From a virus (taxonomy: Duplodnaviria; Heunggongvirae; Uroviricota; Caudoviricetes), in the IMG/VR virus record IMGVR_UViG_3300021400_000113, positions 104,932-166,678 of that record: DNA of 61,747 nt; one strand, given 5' to 3'. Every line of letters begins with the position of its first letter. Within the stretch, counting starts at the first letter, position 1. Both the position numbers and the translations under genes were made by a program. Under the pieces are notes generated by a model that saw nothing but the letters and a program-made list of their open reading frames with translations, did not search any database and was not told where the DNA came from. This document shows positions 49,749-59,203 of the stretch, one piece after another.

Positions 49749-49943
49749 ATGACCACCATTATCGTAACTTTTAACCTGGACGAGACCGCGACCATTCTAT
49801 GGGCTGACGCTGAAAACACCTATATTCGCCGCACGACCCACGCAATCGATGCTATGAAATGGATGGCAAAACAGGGGCTGGAGTTTACATGGACGAAAAC
49901 AGAAGATGGACTGGAGCAGGCAATTTGGGAAAAGGCGCAATGA
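49749..49943 (+). CDS. hypothetical protein (64 aa)
   Basis: GAGGAGG RBS; TGA in the hairpin AAAAGGCGC-aatga-GCGCCTTTT. Confidence 0.7.
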   Translation: MTTIIVTFNLDETATILWADAENTYIRRTTHAIDAMKWMAKQGLEFTWTKTEDGLEQAIWEKAQ

Positions 49944-49956
49944 GCGCCTTTTCTTT

Positions 49957-50038
49957 TTATATGTCAGGCATCTAAACTTAGATGCATGGCATCTAAATTT
50001 AGATGTTGAACATCTAAATTTAGATGTTGGACATCTAA
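49957..50038. repeat. four tandem copies (21-bp period) of the 19-bp palindrome
   Basis: TTATATGTCAGGCATCTAA, TTAGATGCATGGCATCTAA, TTAGATGTTGAACATCTAA, TTAGATGTTGGACATCTAA separated by 2 bp. Confidence 0.9.
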
Positions 50039-50119
50039 ATAATCCCCTTGACAGCATAAATGCTATGTGCTATAATGGTACCATCAAGAAGGGATAGAAT
50101 CCCAAGAGGAGGTATTTCC

Positions 50120-50383
50120 ATGTCTACTATCACCGCTCGTGACTTCGCGCGTCCCGTCGTCGTCCTGCCCAACCGTAAAGCCGTTATTCGTGCGCTGGCA
50201 GCTGGGCGTACTGTATGGTGCGCTGAAACTGGTGAAGGCTGGCAGCTGGGAGAGGGCTGGGATCGGGCCTCTCTTAGCTTTACCTTTCCCGGTTCTTCTT
50301 TGAACCGCGCTCGGCACCTTGCCAGTCATATCTTTGCCGAAGAAGAGCGAAAAAATTTCTTCTTCGGGAGCGGCGTAAAATAA
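50120..50383 (+). CDS. cassette ORF, hypothetical (87 aa)
   Basis: Own palindrome and promoter; GAGGAGG RBS. Confidence 0.7.
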   Translation: MSTITARDFARPVVVLPNRKAVIRALAAGRTVWCAETGEGWQLGEGWDRASLSFTFPGSSLNRARHLASHIFAEEERKNFFFGSGVK

Positions 50384-50483
50384 TACGCCCTTCATAACTT
50401 AGATGTCAAACATCTAAATTCCATTATTGACAACTTAAATTTTTCATGTTATAATTAGGTATCAAATGAAGGAGGAAGGAACC

Positions 50484-50735
50484 ATGAACGTCTATTCCAA
50501 GTATTGCCACATCGAAATGAACATGCGCAAGGGACAGGTTTACAGCGCGCGGATGTACACCGCGATTGAAACGAAAGCAGGCGAAAAAGAGTACTGGAAA
50601 ACACTGACAGCAGCTGAAGCTGGACGCGCGATGCGCAAGCTGCAGAAAGCGACAGGCATTAAGCCAACAATCGGATACAACATGTTTGATGCAAGCCTTA
50701 CCAATAAAGAGATTATCTATTACTGGGAGAAATAA
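50484..50735 (+). CDS. cassette ORF, hypothetical (83 aa)
   Basis: Own palindrome and promoter; stop codon in hairpin. Confidence 0.7.
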   Translation: MNVYSKYCHIEMNMRKGQVYSARMYTAIETKAGEKEYWKTLTAAEAGRAMRKLQKATGIKPTIGYNMFDASLTNKEIIYYWEK

Positions 50736-50836
50736 TTCTCCCTTCAGTATTTAGATGTTCAACATCTAAATAATACTATTGCTTTTTTTAATAATCTATG
50801 TTATAATAGACCCATCAAAGAAAGGGAGGCAAGACA

Positions 50837-51148
50837 ATGATTAAAGTAATCGAACAGGTTATGAACCTTAAAGAATCCGAAGGGCTTACCATTAAAAACT
50901 ATCAGTCTATCAATTATAAATCCGGATGGCAAGTAGCCGATTATGGTGTGAAATGTTATAACATACAAGAAGCAATTATTACAATTGCAAAATATAAAGG
51001 TACTTGCGGCGTATGGTTGGAAAATGGTATATACTATATTGACCATAGTTTCCGCGTGAATACCAAAAAAGAAGCACTTGCAATCGGACGCGTAAATAAC
51101 CAAATTTCAATTTTGAAATGGAAAAATAAATCTTTGGTTTACTGCTAA
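50837..51148 (+). CDS. cassette ORF, hypothetical (103 aa)
   Basis: Own palindrome and promoter; GGGAGG RBS. Confidence 0.7.
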   Translation: MIKVIEQVMNLKESEGLTIKNYQSINYKSGWQVADYGVKCYNIQEAIITIAKYKGTCGVWLENGIYYIDHSFRVNTKKEALAIGRVNNQISILKWKNKSLVYC

Positions 51149-51248
51149 GCAGTAATCCCAAAACTTAGATGTTAGACATCTATATTTTAATATTGACATT
51201 TTATTAAAAATATGTTACAATTTTATTGAAAGAAAGGAGAGGAAAAAC

Positions 51249-51323
51249 ATGACAATCGTAATTATCGGATTCTGGGCGTTGATTTCCTTCTTGTATCTCC
51301 ATCACGTAATTTCAGAGCGCTAA
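51249..51323 (+). CDS. 24-aa hydrophobic micropeptide
   Basis: MTIVIIGFWALISFLYLHHVISER; own palindrome, promoter, AGGAGAGG RBS, stop in a perfect 10-bp hairpin. Confidence 0.7.
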   Translation: MTIVIIGFWALISFLYLHHVISER

Positions 51324-51429
51324 GCGCTCTGAATAATTTAGATGTTGAACATCTAAAATCTCCTATTGACAACCGCGCCTTATCATGTTATAATAAGGTA
51401 TCAAAAGAAAGAAAGGAAGGAATTTCAAA

Positions 51430-51597
51430 ATGAAACAATATTATTGGATGCATAAGGAACATGGTTATCTTGTCCCGGAATCTAACCTCTATGAAGATGC
51501 GGTTGCCATGGAGCTGGACGATATTACAGATCCTACCAGCGTTGAGTATCTCAATTTCAGTTTGTATTATCACAAAACGCACTTGTTGGTTTTATAA
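51430..51597 (+). CDS. cassette ORF, hypothetical (55 aa)
   Basis: MKQYYWMHKEHGYL...; stop in GTTGGTT-ttata-AACCAAC. Confidence 0.65.
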   Translation: MKQYYWMHKEHGYLVPESNLYEDAVAMELDDITDPTSVEYLNFSLYYHKTHLLVL

Positions 51598-51717
51598 ACC
51601 AACTTCCCGAAACTTAGATGTTTGACATCTAAATTCAACTATTGACAATTTCATTTTTATTTAGTATAATTTACTTGTAAAAAAGAACGGGAGAAGAATC
51701 CCGAAACTAAGGAGGAA

Positions 51718-51957
51718 ATGGGCATGACTATTAAGAAGGAAAAAAACTTAAAAGAATTTGAATTTTGGGGACCCGCGCAGCGAATTGCCGATCTTTTACT
51801 GAATGAAGAATTTGATGCAATCGAGCAACACCTTGAAGAGCTTTATCCGGAAGGAATTGGAGAAACAGAACTTAATGACTTGTTTGCATATTATACAGAT
51901 TTCGTTTTGGAAATTATTGGAAAAACCGAAGAAGAAATTCTCGCGCGGGATAGTTAA
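51718..51957 (+). CDS. cassette ORF, acidic hypothetical (79 aa)
   Basis: AAGGAGG RBS; FEFWGPA..TELNDLF. Confidence 0.7.
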   Translation: MGMTIKKEKNLKEFEFWGPAQRIADLLLNEEFDAIEQHLEELYPEGIGETELNDLFAYYTDFVLEIIGKTEEEILARDS

Positions 51958-52115
51958 ACCTACCCCGTACAGATTTGGGAAGAATTTTGCCTCATCATAG
52001 AATGAGGCAAAAAGGTTTTAGATGTTGAACATCTAAAATATACTATTGACATTTTTATTTCTTTCATATATAATATAATTGTTCTAAGGAACAAAAGAGT
52101 GAAGGAGAGAAAATC

Positions 52116-52334
52116 ATGAGAAAGTTTGAAGTTGGTAAAGTATATTTGCGTCCCGGTTTGTTTATTCCTTCCTTTTGGGTAAAAATCATTGAACGCACCG
52201 AAGAAACTATTACCTTTGAAGAGCTGGAATATCCCAGCAGCTCAATAGAATATTCTGTTGAACATGACGAAGCTGGAAATGAAGTCGTGAAAGCATGGGA
52301 ATACTATAATGAAATTGGATACATGAGGGCATAA
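52116..52334 (+). CDS. cassette ORF, hypothetical (72 aa)
   Basis: MRKFEVGKVY...; stop in GAGGGC-ataa-GCCCTC. Confidence 0.7.
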   Translation: MRKFEVGKVYLRPGLFIPSFWVKIIERTEETITFEELEYPSSSIEYSVEHDEAGNEVVKAWEYYNEIGYMRA

Positions 52335-52438
52335 GCCCTCTTTTTATTTTAGATGTTGAACATCTAAAATAAACTATTGACTTCAATTTCATTTTATGTT
52401 ATACTGTACACGTCAAAAGGAAGAAGGGAGGGTTGAAA

Positions 52439-52592
52439 ATGGAAACTCCACCCGGTTAGAGTAAGCCAGTCTTGTAAGGGGCTTTACAAGAGCGGCAATA
52501 TTACGCGAGCGTCCCGCCGCGTTGCAGCCTTCGGCAAGCTGGACGTATGTAATTTGGCCGAGCTGGATAAGTGCGCAATTATCCAGCTTTTT
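52439..52592 (+). ncRNA. candidate structured RNA cassette with a 12-codon mini-ORF
   Basis: Behind palindrome and promoter; ATG GAA ACT CCA CCC GGT TAG AGT AAG CCA GTC TTG TAA followed by several GC-rich hairpins and a terminator AGCTGGATAA..TTATCCAGCT-Tn. Confidence 0.4.
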
Positions 52593-52683
52593 TCTTTTAG
52601 ATGTTCAACATCTAAATCTCACTCTTGACTTTTCTCTTTCTCTATGGTATACTTATCTCAGAAAAAAGAAAGGAGTTGCTACC

Positions 52684-52989
52684 ATGGAAATGTCCCATCA
52701 CTGCCAGTATGAGCGCGCGAACCGCGTGCAGCATATCATCAACGAGATCGGTTTAGGACAAATTGTCAAAGAGAAATTCACCCACAGCTGCTATACCTGC
52801 ATCACAGATACTGGTATCACCATCATCAAAAGCGCTGACAAGCTGACAATTGTGACCATGTATGTCACCACCTATCGCGAGCTGGTAGCAGTATATGAAG
52901 GAACGAAAAAAATTCCTTCATATCTCAAAAAGAAAGTTGACCGCAATCAAACTTTTTTCACTCACGAAGGAAAAACAATTTGGGCATAA
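52684..52989 (+). CDS. cassette ORF, hypothetical (101 aa)
   Basis: AAAGGAG RBS; MEMSHHCQYERANR..; the track start at 52522 is an upstream artefact. Confidence 0.7.
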   Translation: MEMSHHCQYERANRVQHIINEIGLGQIVKEKFTHSCYTCITDTGITIIKSADKLTIVTMYVTTYRELVAVYEGTKKIPSYLKKKVDRNQTFFTHEGKTIWA

Positions 52990-53092
52990 TGCCCAAATTT
53001 ATGTTTTAGATGTTAAACATCTAAAACATAGCCTTGACTTATTAAATATTTTATGCTATAATCTTATTGTAAAAAGAAAGGGGTTGAGCAGA

Positions 53093-53308
53093 ATGTACGA
53101 AGATTTGTGCGAACAGGGCTTTGATTTTGGTTTTGTAAAATTCATGGAAGAAATGTATGGTGATGATCGCCCTTCCATGCTGATAATCAACAAAATGCAT
53201 CTGGCCTATCTCAGAGGACATAACGCCGGAATATACTTAGGTCTTAAATTCGGACGAGAAGAAGGGTATGAGAGCGGTGTAGCAGTCGCGCATCTTGGGA
53301 TTGAATAA
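53093..53308 (+). CDS. cassette ORF, hypothetical (71 aa)
   Basis: Start placed downstream of the cassette promoter. Confidence 0.6.
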   Translation: MYEDLCEQGFDFGFVKFMEEMYGDDRPSMLIINKMHLAYLRGHNAGIYLGLKFGREEGYESGVAVAHLGIE

Positions 53309-53446
53309 CGCGGGGAACCGCGTTATTTTTCTTTTAGATGTTAAACATCTAAATCTAATTCTTGACCTTTTACAAAATTCATGATATACTATTCACGTAA
53401 TCAAGGGAAGGAAAACCCACCAAACCAGAGAGGAAGATTTGAAACT

Positions 53447-53782
53447 ATGAAGAACGCTACTATCAAGACCATCTATGCTATCCTGACTGGCGAGAACACC
53501 AACGAAGCCGACAAGCTGACCTGCATCCGCGAGCTGGAAGATGAGTTTGCTAAGGCCGCAGAAAAGGCGTCTGCGAAGCAGGATACCTACGACACGATGC
53601 GCGTCGTGGTATTGAACATTCTGAATGACAAGCCTATGACGGTCGCGGAAATCTTCACCGCGGGCGAAGGTGATTGGCCCGAAGGCACCACGAAGAACAA
53701 GATTTCTTACGGCCTGACCCACTACTGGGAAAATGAAGTCGTTAAAATTCAGGGCAAGGTAAACGAATACCGCCGGAAGTAA
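53447..53782 (+). CDS. putative winged-helix DNA-binding protein, paralog 1
   Basis: ..KPMTVAEIF..EGTTKNKISYGLTHYWENEVVKIQGKVNEY; similar to the 57845 and 61008 ORFs. Confidence 0.65.
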   Translation: MKNATIKTIYAILTGENTNEADKLTCIRELEDEFAKAAEKASAKQDTYDTMRVVVLNILNDKPMTVAEIFTAGEGDWPEGTTKNKISYGLTHYWENEVVKIQGKVNEYRRK

Positions 53783-53928
53783 TTTTTAACCGCCCTTCGG
53801 GGTGGTTTTCTTTTATTTTAGAAATTAGATGTTAAACATCTAACTTTAAAACTTGACATTTCATTCTTAAAATGATATAATTTATTTGTAAAAAAGATAG
53901 GGAATTAAATTCCCGGAAGGAGACAGAT

Positions 53929-54102
53929 ATGTACGTTTTAACCACTATGTATGATGATGGATTTACTAAGGCAGAAACTTGCAATGATATTACAGAAGTA
54001 TTTAGCGCCGCCGCGATTTACCTTCAAGACAGAGAATGCACAGGCGTTCTTTGCTTAGACCTTGAAACAAAAGAATTTATCATTGACTTCACGCGGCGTT
54101 AA
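53929..54102 (+). CDS. cassette ORF, hypothetical (57 aa)
   Basis: AAGGAG RBS; stop in GCGGCGT-ta-ATGCCGC. Confidence 0.65.
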   Translation: MYVLTTMYDDGFTKAETCNDITEVFSAAAIYLQDRECTGVLCLDLETKEFIIDFTRR

Positions 54103-54210
54103 TGCCGCGCTTATTGTTTTAGATGTTAAACATCTAAAACTTATTATTGACTTTTTTATTATAATATGTTAATATATACTCGTAAATTGAAAAAGGAAGG
54201 CGATGCCAAT

Positions 54211-54609
54211 ATGGAAATTAGATTGGCAACTATCAACGATATGGAAGAAATTAGAACCATTGACACCAATATCCCATATATTTCCTCTTTACTCTTAATG
54301 GGAGATATTCAAGCTGGACGCCTATATATTGGGGTAGAAGCTGATAAAATTGTTTCCACTTGCGCCGCTGTTCCTGAACCTTATTATAATTATACCGCGA
54401 TGAAGCGATTGTATGTTGATCCAAATTACCGTGGCAAGGGATACGCCCAGCAAATGATTGAACACATCAGCGATCAATATAATGAAGAAAAAATCGGCGC
54501 GACCCCATGGATTACTAATGGAGCAATGCGGCATACATTAGAAAAAGAAGGGTTCACGCTTGAATATATTTTCAATGAGAAATGGTGTTTTTATTCTAAG
54601 CAAGTCTAA
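54211..54609 (+). CDS. GNAT acetyltransferase
   Basis: MEIRLAT..D..; LYVDPNYRGKGYA acetyl-CoA motif; N..M..LEKEGF. Confidence 0.85.
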   Translation: MEIRLATINDMEEIRTIDTNIPYISSLLLMGDIQAGRLYIGVEADKIVSTCAAVPEPYYNYTAMKRLYVDPNYRGKGYAQQMIEHISDQYNEEKIGATPWITNGAMRHTLEKEGFTLEYIFNEKWCFYSKQV

Positions 54610-54720
54610 GGACTTGCTTTTATATTTAAATGTTAAACATCTAATTATAAATATTGACTTTTTAATACTATTATGTTAATATATAATTGTTCCAAGGGTA
54701 TAAAGAAAGGAGAGAAAAAT

Positions 54721-55167
54721 ATGAGCTTATGGGCACCACAATATCCACATTCTGAAAATTATTCTCCCGCAAAACTTGACGCGCACTTCCCTGGCTTATA
54801 CTTTTTAGGAAAGCATGAGATTTGGAATGGAAAAGATATATATATAATAAAAGTAGGAGAAGCATCTGACATAGGAAAAAGGATGAAAAGTTATTTGTCA
54901 CATTCTCCATTTTTTTGTGATGTTTGTTATGTATTTAATACAAGTAAATACAATGAAAAAACCAGAAAAGATTTTGAACTAAATTGCCATTTATATACCG
55001 GTATAAATACCCTTGCTACCGCCGCAGGTTCACAAGAATGGTTTTTTGTTACAAAAGAACAATATGAATATTTTTGTAAATGTTTTTCTGACCCCGATGC
55101 TTTTTATACAGTATGCGTAAAAGGCCGTGAAATGGCAAGGCGTAAAAGTGTAATTGCTCTTAACTAA
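54721..55167 (+). CDS. GIY-YIG-like (T5orf172-type) protein
   Basis: PGLYFL..IKVGEASDIGKRMKSY..FE...H..GSQEWF. Confidence 0.6.
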   Translation: MSLWAPQYPHSENYSPAKLDAHFPGLYFLGKHEIWNGKDIYIIKVGEASDIGKRMKSYLSHSPFFCDVCYVFNTSKYNEKTRKDFELNCHLYTGINTLATAAGSQEWFFVTKEQYEYFCKCFSDPDAFYTVCVKGREMARRKSVIALN

Positions 55168-55294
55168 TAGAGCAATTATATTTAGATGTTAAACATCTAA
55201 TAATTATAATTGACAATTTCATTTTCTTATGCTATAATCCTATTGTAAGAACGAAAGGGAAAGGAAAATCCCAAAAACCAGAAAGGAAACTAAA

Positions 55295-55483
55295 ATGGAA
55301 AATAATAAAAACAATACTCGCGGTGGCATCGGATTCTGCGGACTTCTGACGATTGCTTTTATTATCCTTAAATTGTGCAACGTCATTACATGGTCGTGGC
55401 TTTGGGTTCTGTCCCCGCTTTGGATTAGCTTTATCCTCATCGTTTTGATTCTTCTGATTACTTTGTTATGGGCAAGCCGTTAA
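55295..55483 (+). CDS. small membrane protein (62 aa)
   Basis: GGIGFCGLLTIAFIILKL..ITWSWLWVLSPLWI; two hydrophobic segments. Confidence 0.8.
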   Translation: MENNKNNTRGGIGFCGLLTIAFIILKLCNVITWSWLWVLSPLWISFILIVLILLITLLWASR

Positions 55484-55586
55484 GGCTTCCCAATCTATTT
55501 AGATGTTAAACATCTAAATTCTTCCCTTGACTTCTTCATCATTCTATGATATACTATACCCATCAAAGGAAAGGACGGGACGAACG

Positions 55587-56036
55587 ATGAAAACGATTTG
55601 GTTTGACATGGACGGCACTTTGGGCAATCTGTACGCGGTTGAAGGTTGGCTTTCTATGCTCCGCACCTATGACCCCACACCCTACGCAGAAGCTGAAGTC
55701 ATGCTGAATATGAGCCTGCTCGCGCGCTATCTAAATCGCTTGCAGGAAGCTGGATACCAGATTGGAATTATCAGCTGGCTTTCCAAGTGCCCCACCCCGG
55801 AATATGATGAAGCTGTAACCGCGGCGAAGCTGGTATGGCTGAAAAAGCACCTGCGGTCGGTAAGCTGGGACGCCATCCGCATTGTGGCCTATGGTACGCC
55901 TAAATCTTCCTTCATGAAAAATGAGGATGATATTCTGTTTGACGATGAAGCGCCGAACCGTGAAGAATGGAAGGGCGAAGCGTATGAACCTAACCAAATT
56001 TTGGAAGTTCTGAAAGGACTTTTGAAGGGTGAGTAA
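55587..56036 (+). CDS. HAD-superfamily phosphatase (5'(3')-nucleotidase-like)
   Basis: IWFDMDGTL motif I, IISWL, ILFDD motif IV. Confidence 0.8.
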   Translation: MKTIWFDMDGTLGNLYAVEGWLSMLRTYDPTPYAEAEVMLNMSLLARYLNRLQEAGYQIGIISWLSKCPTPEYDEAVTAAKLVWLKKHLRSVSWDAIRIVAYGTPKSSFMKNEDDILFDDEAPNREEWKGEAYEPNQILEVLKGLLKGE

Positions 56037-56131
56037 TCACCCTTTATTGTTTAGATGTTAAACATCTAAAATTAACTATTGACTTTTCTTTTATAATATG
56101 ATAATATACTTACGAAAGGAAGGGAAGTAAA

Positions 56132-56335
56132 ATGATTAAGGTAACAGTTGAAATCCAGTATTATCCAATCTATGAAGCATATAGTCGTGCGCGTGGTATC
56201 TTGTTCCATCTTTTTGGTGGCGGTTGGCGTAGAAGTTATACCGACAAAATCACCGGCAAAGAAATGATGGAGTATAGAGTATGGGGAAAAGACGTGGAAT
56301 TTTTACGCCTCATGTGCGCCGAATTGCCATTTTAA
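56132..56335 (+). CDS. cassette ORF, hypothetical (67 aa)
   Basis: Own promoter; stop in hairpin. Confidence 0.65.
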   Translation: MIKVTVEIQYYPIYEAYSRARGILFHLFGGGWRRSYTDKITGKEMMEYRVWGKDVEFLRLMCAELPF

Positions 56336-56461
56336 TGGCAATTTATGATTATAGATGTTAAACATCTAAAAATAAAACTTGTATTTTATTTTATTTTATG
56401 ATATAATAATCCCGTAAGAAAGAGAGAAGGAAAACTCCTAAAAACCAGAAAGGATAAAAAT

Positions 56462-56716
56462 ATGTTGTATGTAGTTATCCATCATTATTCTTTTGAAGAA
56501 GATGCAGACGCGAACGATTATCTGATTGGGGTTTTTGATACCCCGGAGGCCGCATTTCAAGCGCGAGAAGAATATTTTTCAAATTATTCAGAAATTCAAA
56601 ATGGCATTCACTCTATTTCTATTACCCCAGTAAAACTTAATACATATAATGATGATCTTGAATGTAATGTCCCTTGGTTAAATTGTAATAATGAATGGGA
56701 GGAAGAGGAGATTTAA
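56462..56716 (+). CDS. cassette ORF, acidic hypothetical (84 aa)
   Basis: Own promoter; stop in an 11-bp hairpin. Confidence 0.7.
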   Translation: MLYVVIHHYSFEEDADANDYLIGVFDTPEAAFQAREEYFSNYSEIQNGIHSISITPVKLNTYNDDLECNVPWLNCNNEWEEEEI

Positions 56717-56833
56717 TCTCCTCTTTTAATTTTAGATGTTTAACATCTAAATTCAATCTTGACATTTTATTATCTTCATGATATACTATATCCATAGGTG
56801 AAGGAAAACACCACAAACCAGAAAGGCACCCGT

Positions 56834-57592
56834 ATGGCTTATATGGTATTCGATACTGAAACGACTTCTCTCGACAAGCCCTTCTGCTATGATGTAGGGT
56901 ATTCTATTTTCAATGATGAAATTGATGTACCTCTCACGCGCCGTCATTTCATCGTCGAACAAGTTTGGCACAACTTACCGCTATTTGAGAGTGCTTACTA
57001 CAAAGAAAAGCGCCCTTTATATATCGGCCTAATGCGGTCTAAAAAGGCCGTCATGGACAAATGGGGCTATATTATGCGAACAATTCGGCGTGATATTGTT
57101 CAATATGAAGTGACCGATGCTTACGCCTATAACAGCGATTTTGACGACAAAGTTTTTACTTTTAATTGTGACTGGTTCAAATGTAATAATCCTTTGGAAG
57201 ATATTCCTATTCATGACATTTGGGGCTATGCTTCCGAATTTATCACAAGCACACAAGCATATAAAGACTTCTGCGAAGAACACCAGTATTTTACAGATAG
57301 CGGAAACTATAAAGCAAGCGCCGAAATTGTATACAGATACCTTACAAAAGATAATGACTTTGAAGAAGCGCACATGGGCGCGTATGATGTGGATATTGAA
57401 AGTAAAATTTTGGAAGCTTGTGTTGGTATAGGGGCAGAATATGGTAAAGATTACAAAGTTGTAAAAATCTTACAACGTCCGCGCCTTACGCCTTACACCG
57501 TGAAAGTCAATGGAAAAATTATCCATCAAGGCGAATACGTAAAAAAATATGCGCGTGACGGATTGTATAGCTTTACAGAAATGGGAGAATAA
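56834..57592 (+). CDS. DEDD-family 3'-5' exonuclease
   Basis: MVFDTETT, AYNSDFD, EEAHMGAYDV. Confidence 0.85.
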   Translation: MAYMVFDTETTSLDKPFCYDVGYSIFNDEIDVPLTRRHFIVEQVWHNLPLFESAYYKEKRPLYIGLMRSKKAVMDKWGYIMRTIRRDIVQYEVTDAYAYNSDFDDKVFTFNCDWFKCNNPLEDIPIHDIWGYASEFITSTQAYKDFCEEHQYFTDSGNYKASAEIVYRYLTKDNDFEEAHMGAYDVDIESKILEACVGIGAEYGKDYKVVKILQRPRLTPYTVKVNGKIIHQGEYVKKYARDGLYSFTEMGE

Positions 57593-57682
57593 TCTCCCAT
57601 TTCTTTCCAATTTTTGTTTTAGATGTTAAACATCTAAATCCAATGCTTGACCTTTTCTTAAAGTTATGCTATACTATAATCG

Positions 57683-57758
57683 TTCCAAGGGAGAGAGTAG
57701 TAGAAAGTGAACTAATGGTCAGCCCATAGGGAACTGAATCGTGAAATTTCTCTTGGAA
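57683..57758 (+). ncRNA. candidate 76-nt small RNA cassette
   Basis: Follows palindrome and promoter, no ORF; ends pair (TTCCAAGGGAGA / TTTCTCTTGGAA, 12 bp with GU); internal TAGT/ACTA and TCAG-CCC..GGG-CTGA stems. Confidence 0.45.
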
Positions 57759-57844
57759 AACCTCTTGACATTAAGCACAAACTGTGCTATAATGAATACA
57801 TGAAAAGGACAAGGAAAAGTCCTAAAAACCAGAAAGGAAAGTAT

Positions 57845-58168
57845 ATGAAGAAGAACACCATGATCACCATCGCCGCTTACATCAAGAACGTTCCCGAACT
57901 CGCCACCGAATATGCCGAACTCCAAGCCGAACTGGACAAGAACGCCGAAAAGGCCCAGGCCAACCGCGATCTGTACGCCGCCGCGCATGACGTGGTAATC
58001 AACGCCCTGTCCGACAAGCCCGTGACGCTTGCAGAACTGTGGGAAACCGTAAAGAACACCGTTCCCGAAGGAATGAGCAAGAGCAAGGTACAGTATGCTC
58101 TGCGCGAACTGTGGGCCGCCGAAGTCGTTAAGATTGAAGGCAAGGTCAACGAATACAAGAGAGCGTAA
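57845..58168 (+). CDS. putative winged-helix DNA-binding protein, paralog 2
   Basis: KPVTLAELW..EGMSKSKVQYALRELWAAEVVKIEGKVNEY; own TTGACA/TATAAT promoter. Confidence 0.65.
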   Translation: MKKNTMITIAAYIKNVPELATEYAELQAELDKNAEKAQANRDLYAAAHDVVINALSDKPVTLAELWETVKNTVPEGMSKSKVQYALRELWAAEVVKIEGKVNEYKRA

Positions 58169-58304
58169 GCCCTCTTTTTTCTTAGCTTCTTTTAGATGTT
58201 TAACATCTAATTTATTCTGTTGACATTTCATTTTCAATATGATATACTTTATTCGTAAAGAAAAAGGAGAAGGAAAACTTCTAAAAACCAGAAAGGGAAT
58301 GAAA

Positions 58305-58574
58305 ATGACGATTTACAAGGTGGTTCGTGGAAGTTCTTACAATGATAATGAGGAAGAAATTTTTTTCACTTCCCGGGATAAAGCAATTGGGTATATTATC
58401 GGACGTTATGCAGAAAGCAAAGAAAAACCCCGTGGAAGAGAGAAGCGGCCCGACTGGTGGAATGGAAGTTTTTGTTATACCGCAGAAAAACTATTTAATC
58501 TTAGAAATTGGAATAAATATTATTACTTAATGAACTGCGGTTTTTTCTATATTGAAGCAATCAATGTATTATAA
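58305..58574 (+). CDS. cassette ORF, hypothetical (89 aa)
   Basis: Own palindrome and promoter; alternative ATG at 58299. Confidence 0.65.
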   Translation: MTIYKVVRGSSYNDNEEEIFFTSRDKAIGYIIGRYAESKEKPRGREKRPDWWNGSFCYTAEKLFNLRNWNKYYYLMNCGFFYIEAINVL

Positions 58575-58757
58575 GGGCATTGGCCCTTATAATATTTAGA
58601 TGTTAAACATCTAATTTCATTTTCACATAATTATACAAAATTCTGTATAAAAATTTTTTCAAATTATCCCGAAAAAATACTTGACAATTTTCTAAAATTA
58701 TGTTATACTCTATATGAAAAGTGAAGGAAAACACCAAACCAGAAAGAAGGATGAAAA

Positions 58758-59156
58758 ATGGGTAAAGAAGCAAGCCGTAATGAAATGAAAAACGAACTCC
58801 TGTCCACCATTCAGCCCATTCTGTCCGCCCAGCTAAACTCTGATGTTTTGCGCGTGGGCCCCAGCGAAATTGCCATTCCAGGTGTAGACGCAGATGGAAA
58901 TGAATTTTTCTATCTGGTAAAGATTTCCATTCCTCGTGGTTCACGGGATGGCAATGGTAGCTATGATGCTTATGACGGGTATGCCGAAGCAGAAGTATAT
59001 GAAGCAACCTTAAAAACTCGCGAAGCCGAGAAGGCCGCGAAAGAAGCAAAAAAAGCCGCCGCCGAAAAAGAAAAGGAACGCAAGCGCGAAGCAAAGAAAG
59101 TTGTAAAAGAACTAAATGAAAAGGGACTGAAAGGAATGATTAAGAGCGCGGAATAA
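58758..59156 (+). CDS. hypothetical protein with K/A/E-rich C-terminal helix (132 aa)
   Basis: Track ORF with RBS; related in layout to the 59883 ORF. Confidence 0.75.
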   Translation: MGKEASRNEMKNELLSTIQPILSAQLNSDVLRVGPSEIAIPGVDADGNEFFYLVKISIPRGSRDGNGSYDAYDGYAEAEVYEATLKTREAEKAAKEAKKAAAEKEKERKREAKKVVKELNEKGLKGMIKSAE

Positions 59157-59203
59157 CCGCGCTTTTCCTTTTTAGATGTTAAACATCTAAATATAAAAGA
59201 CCC

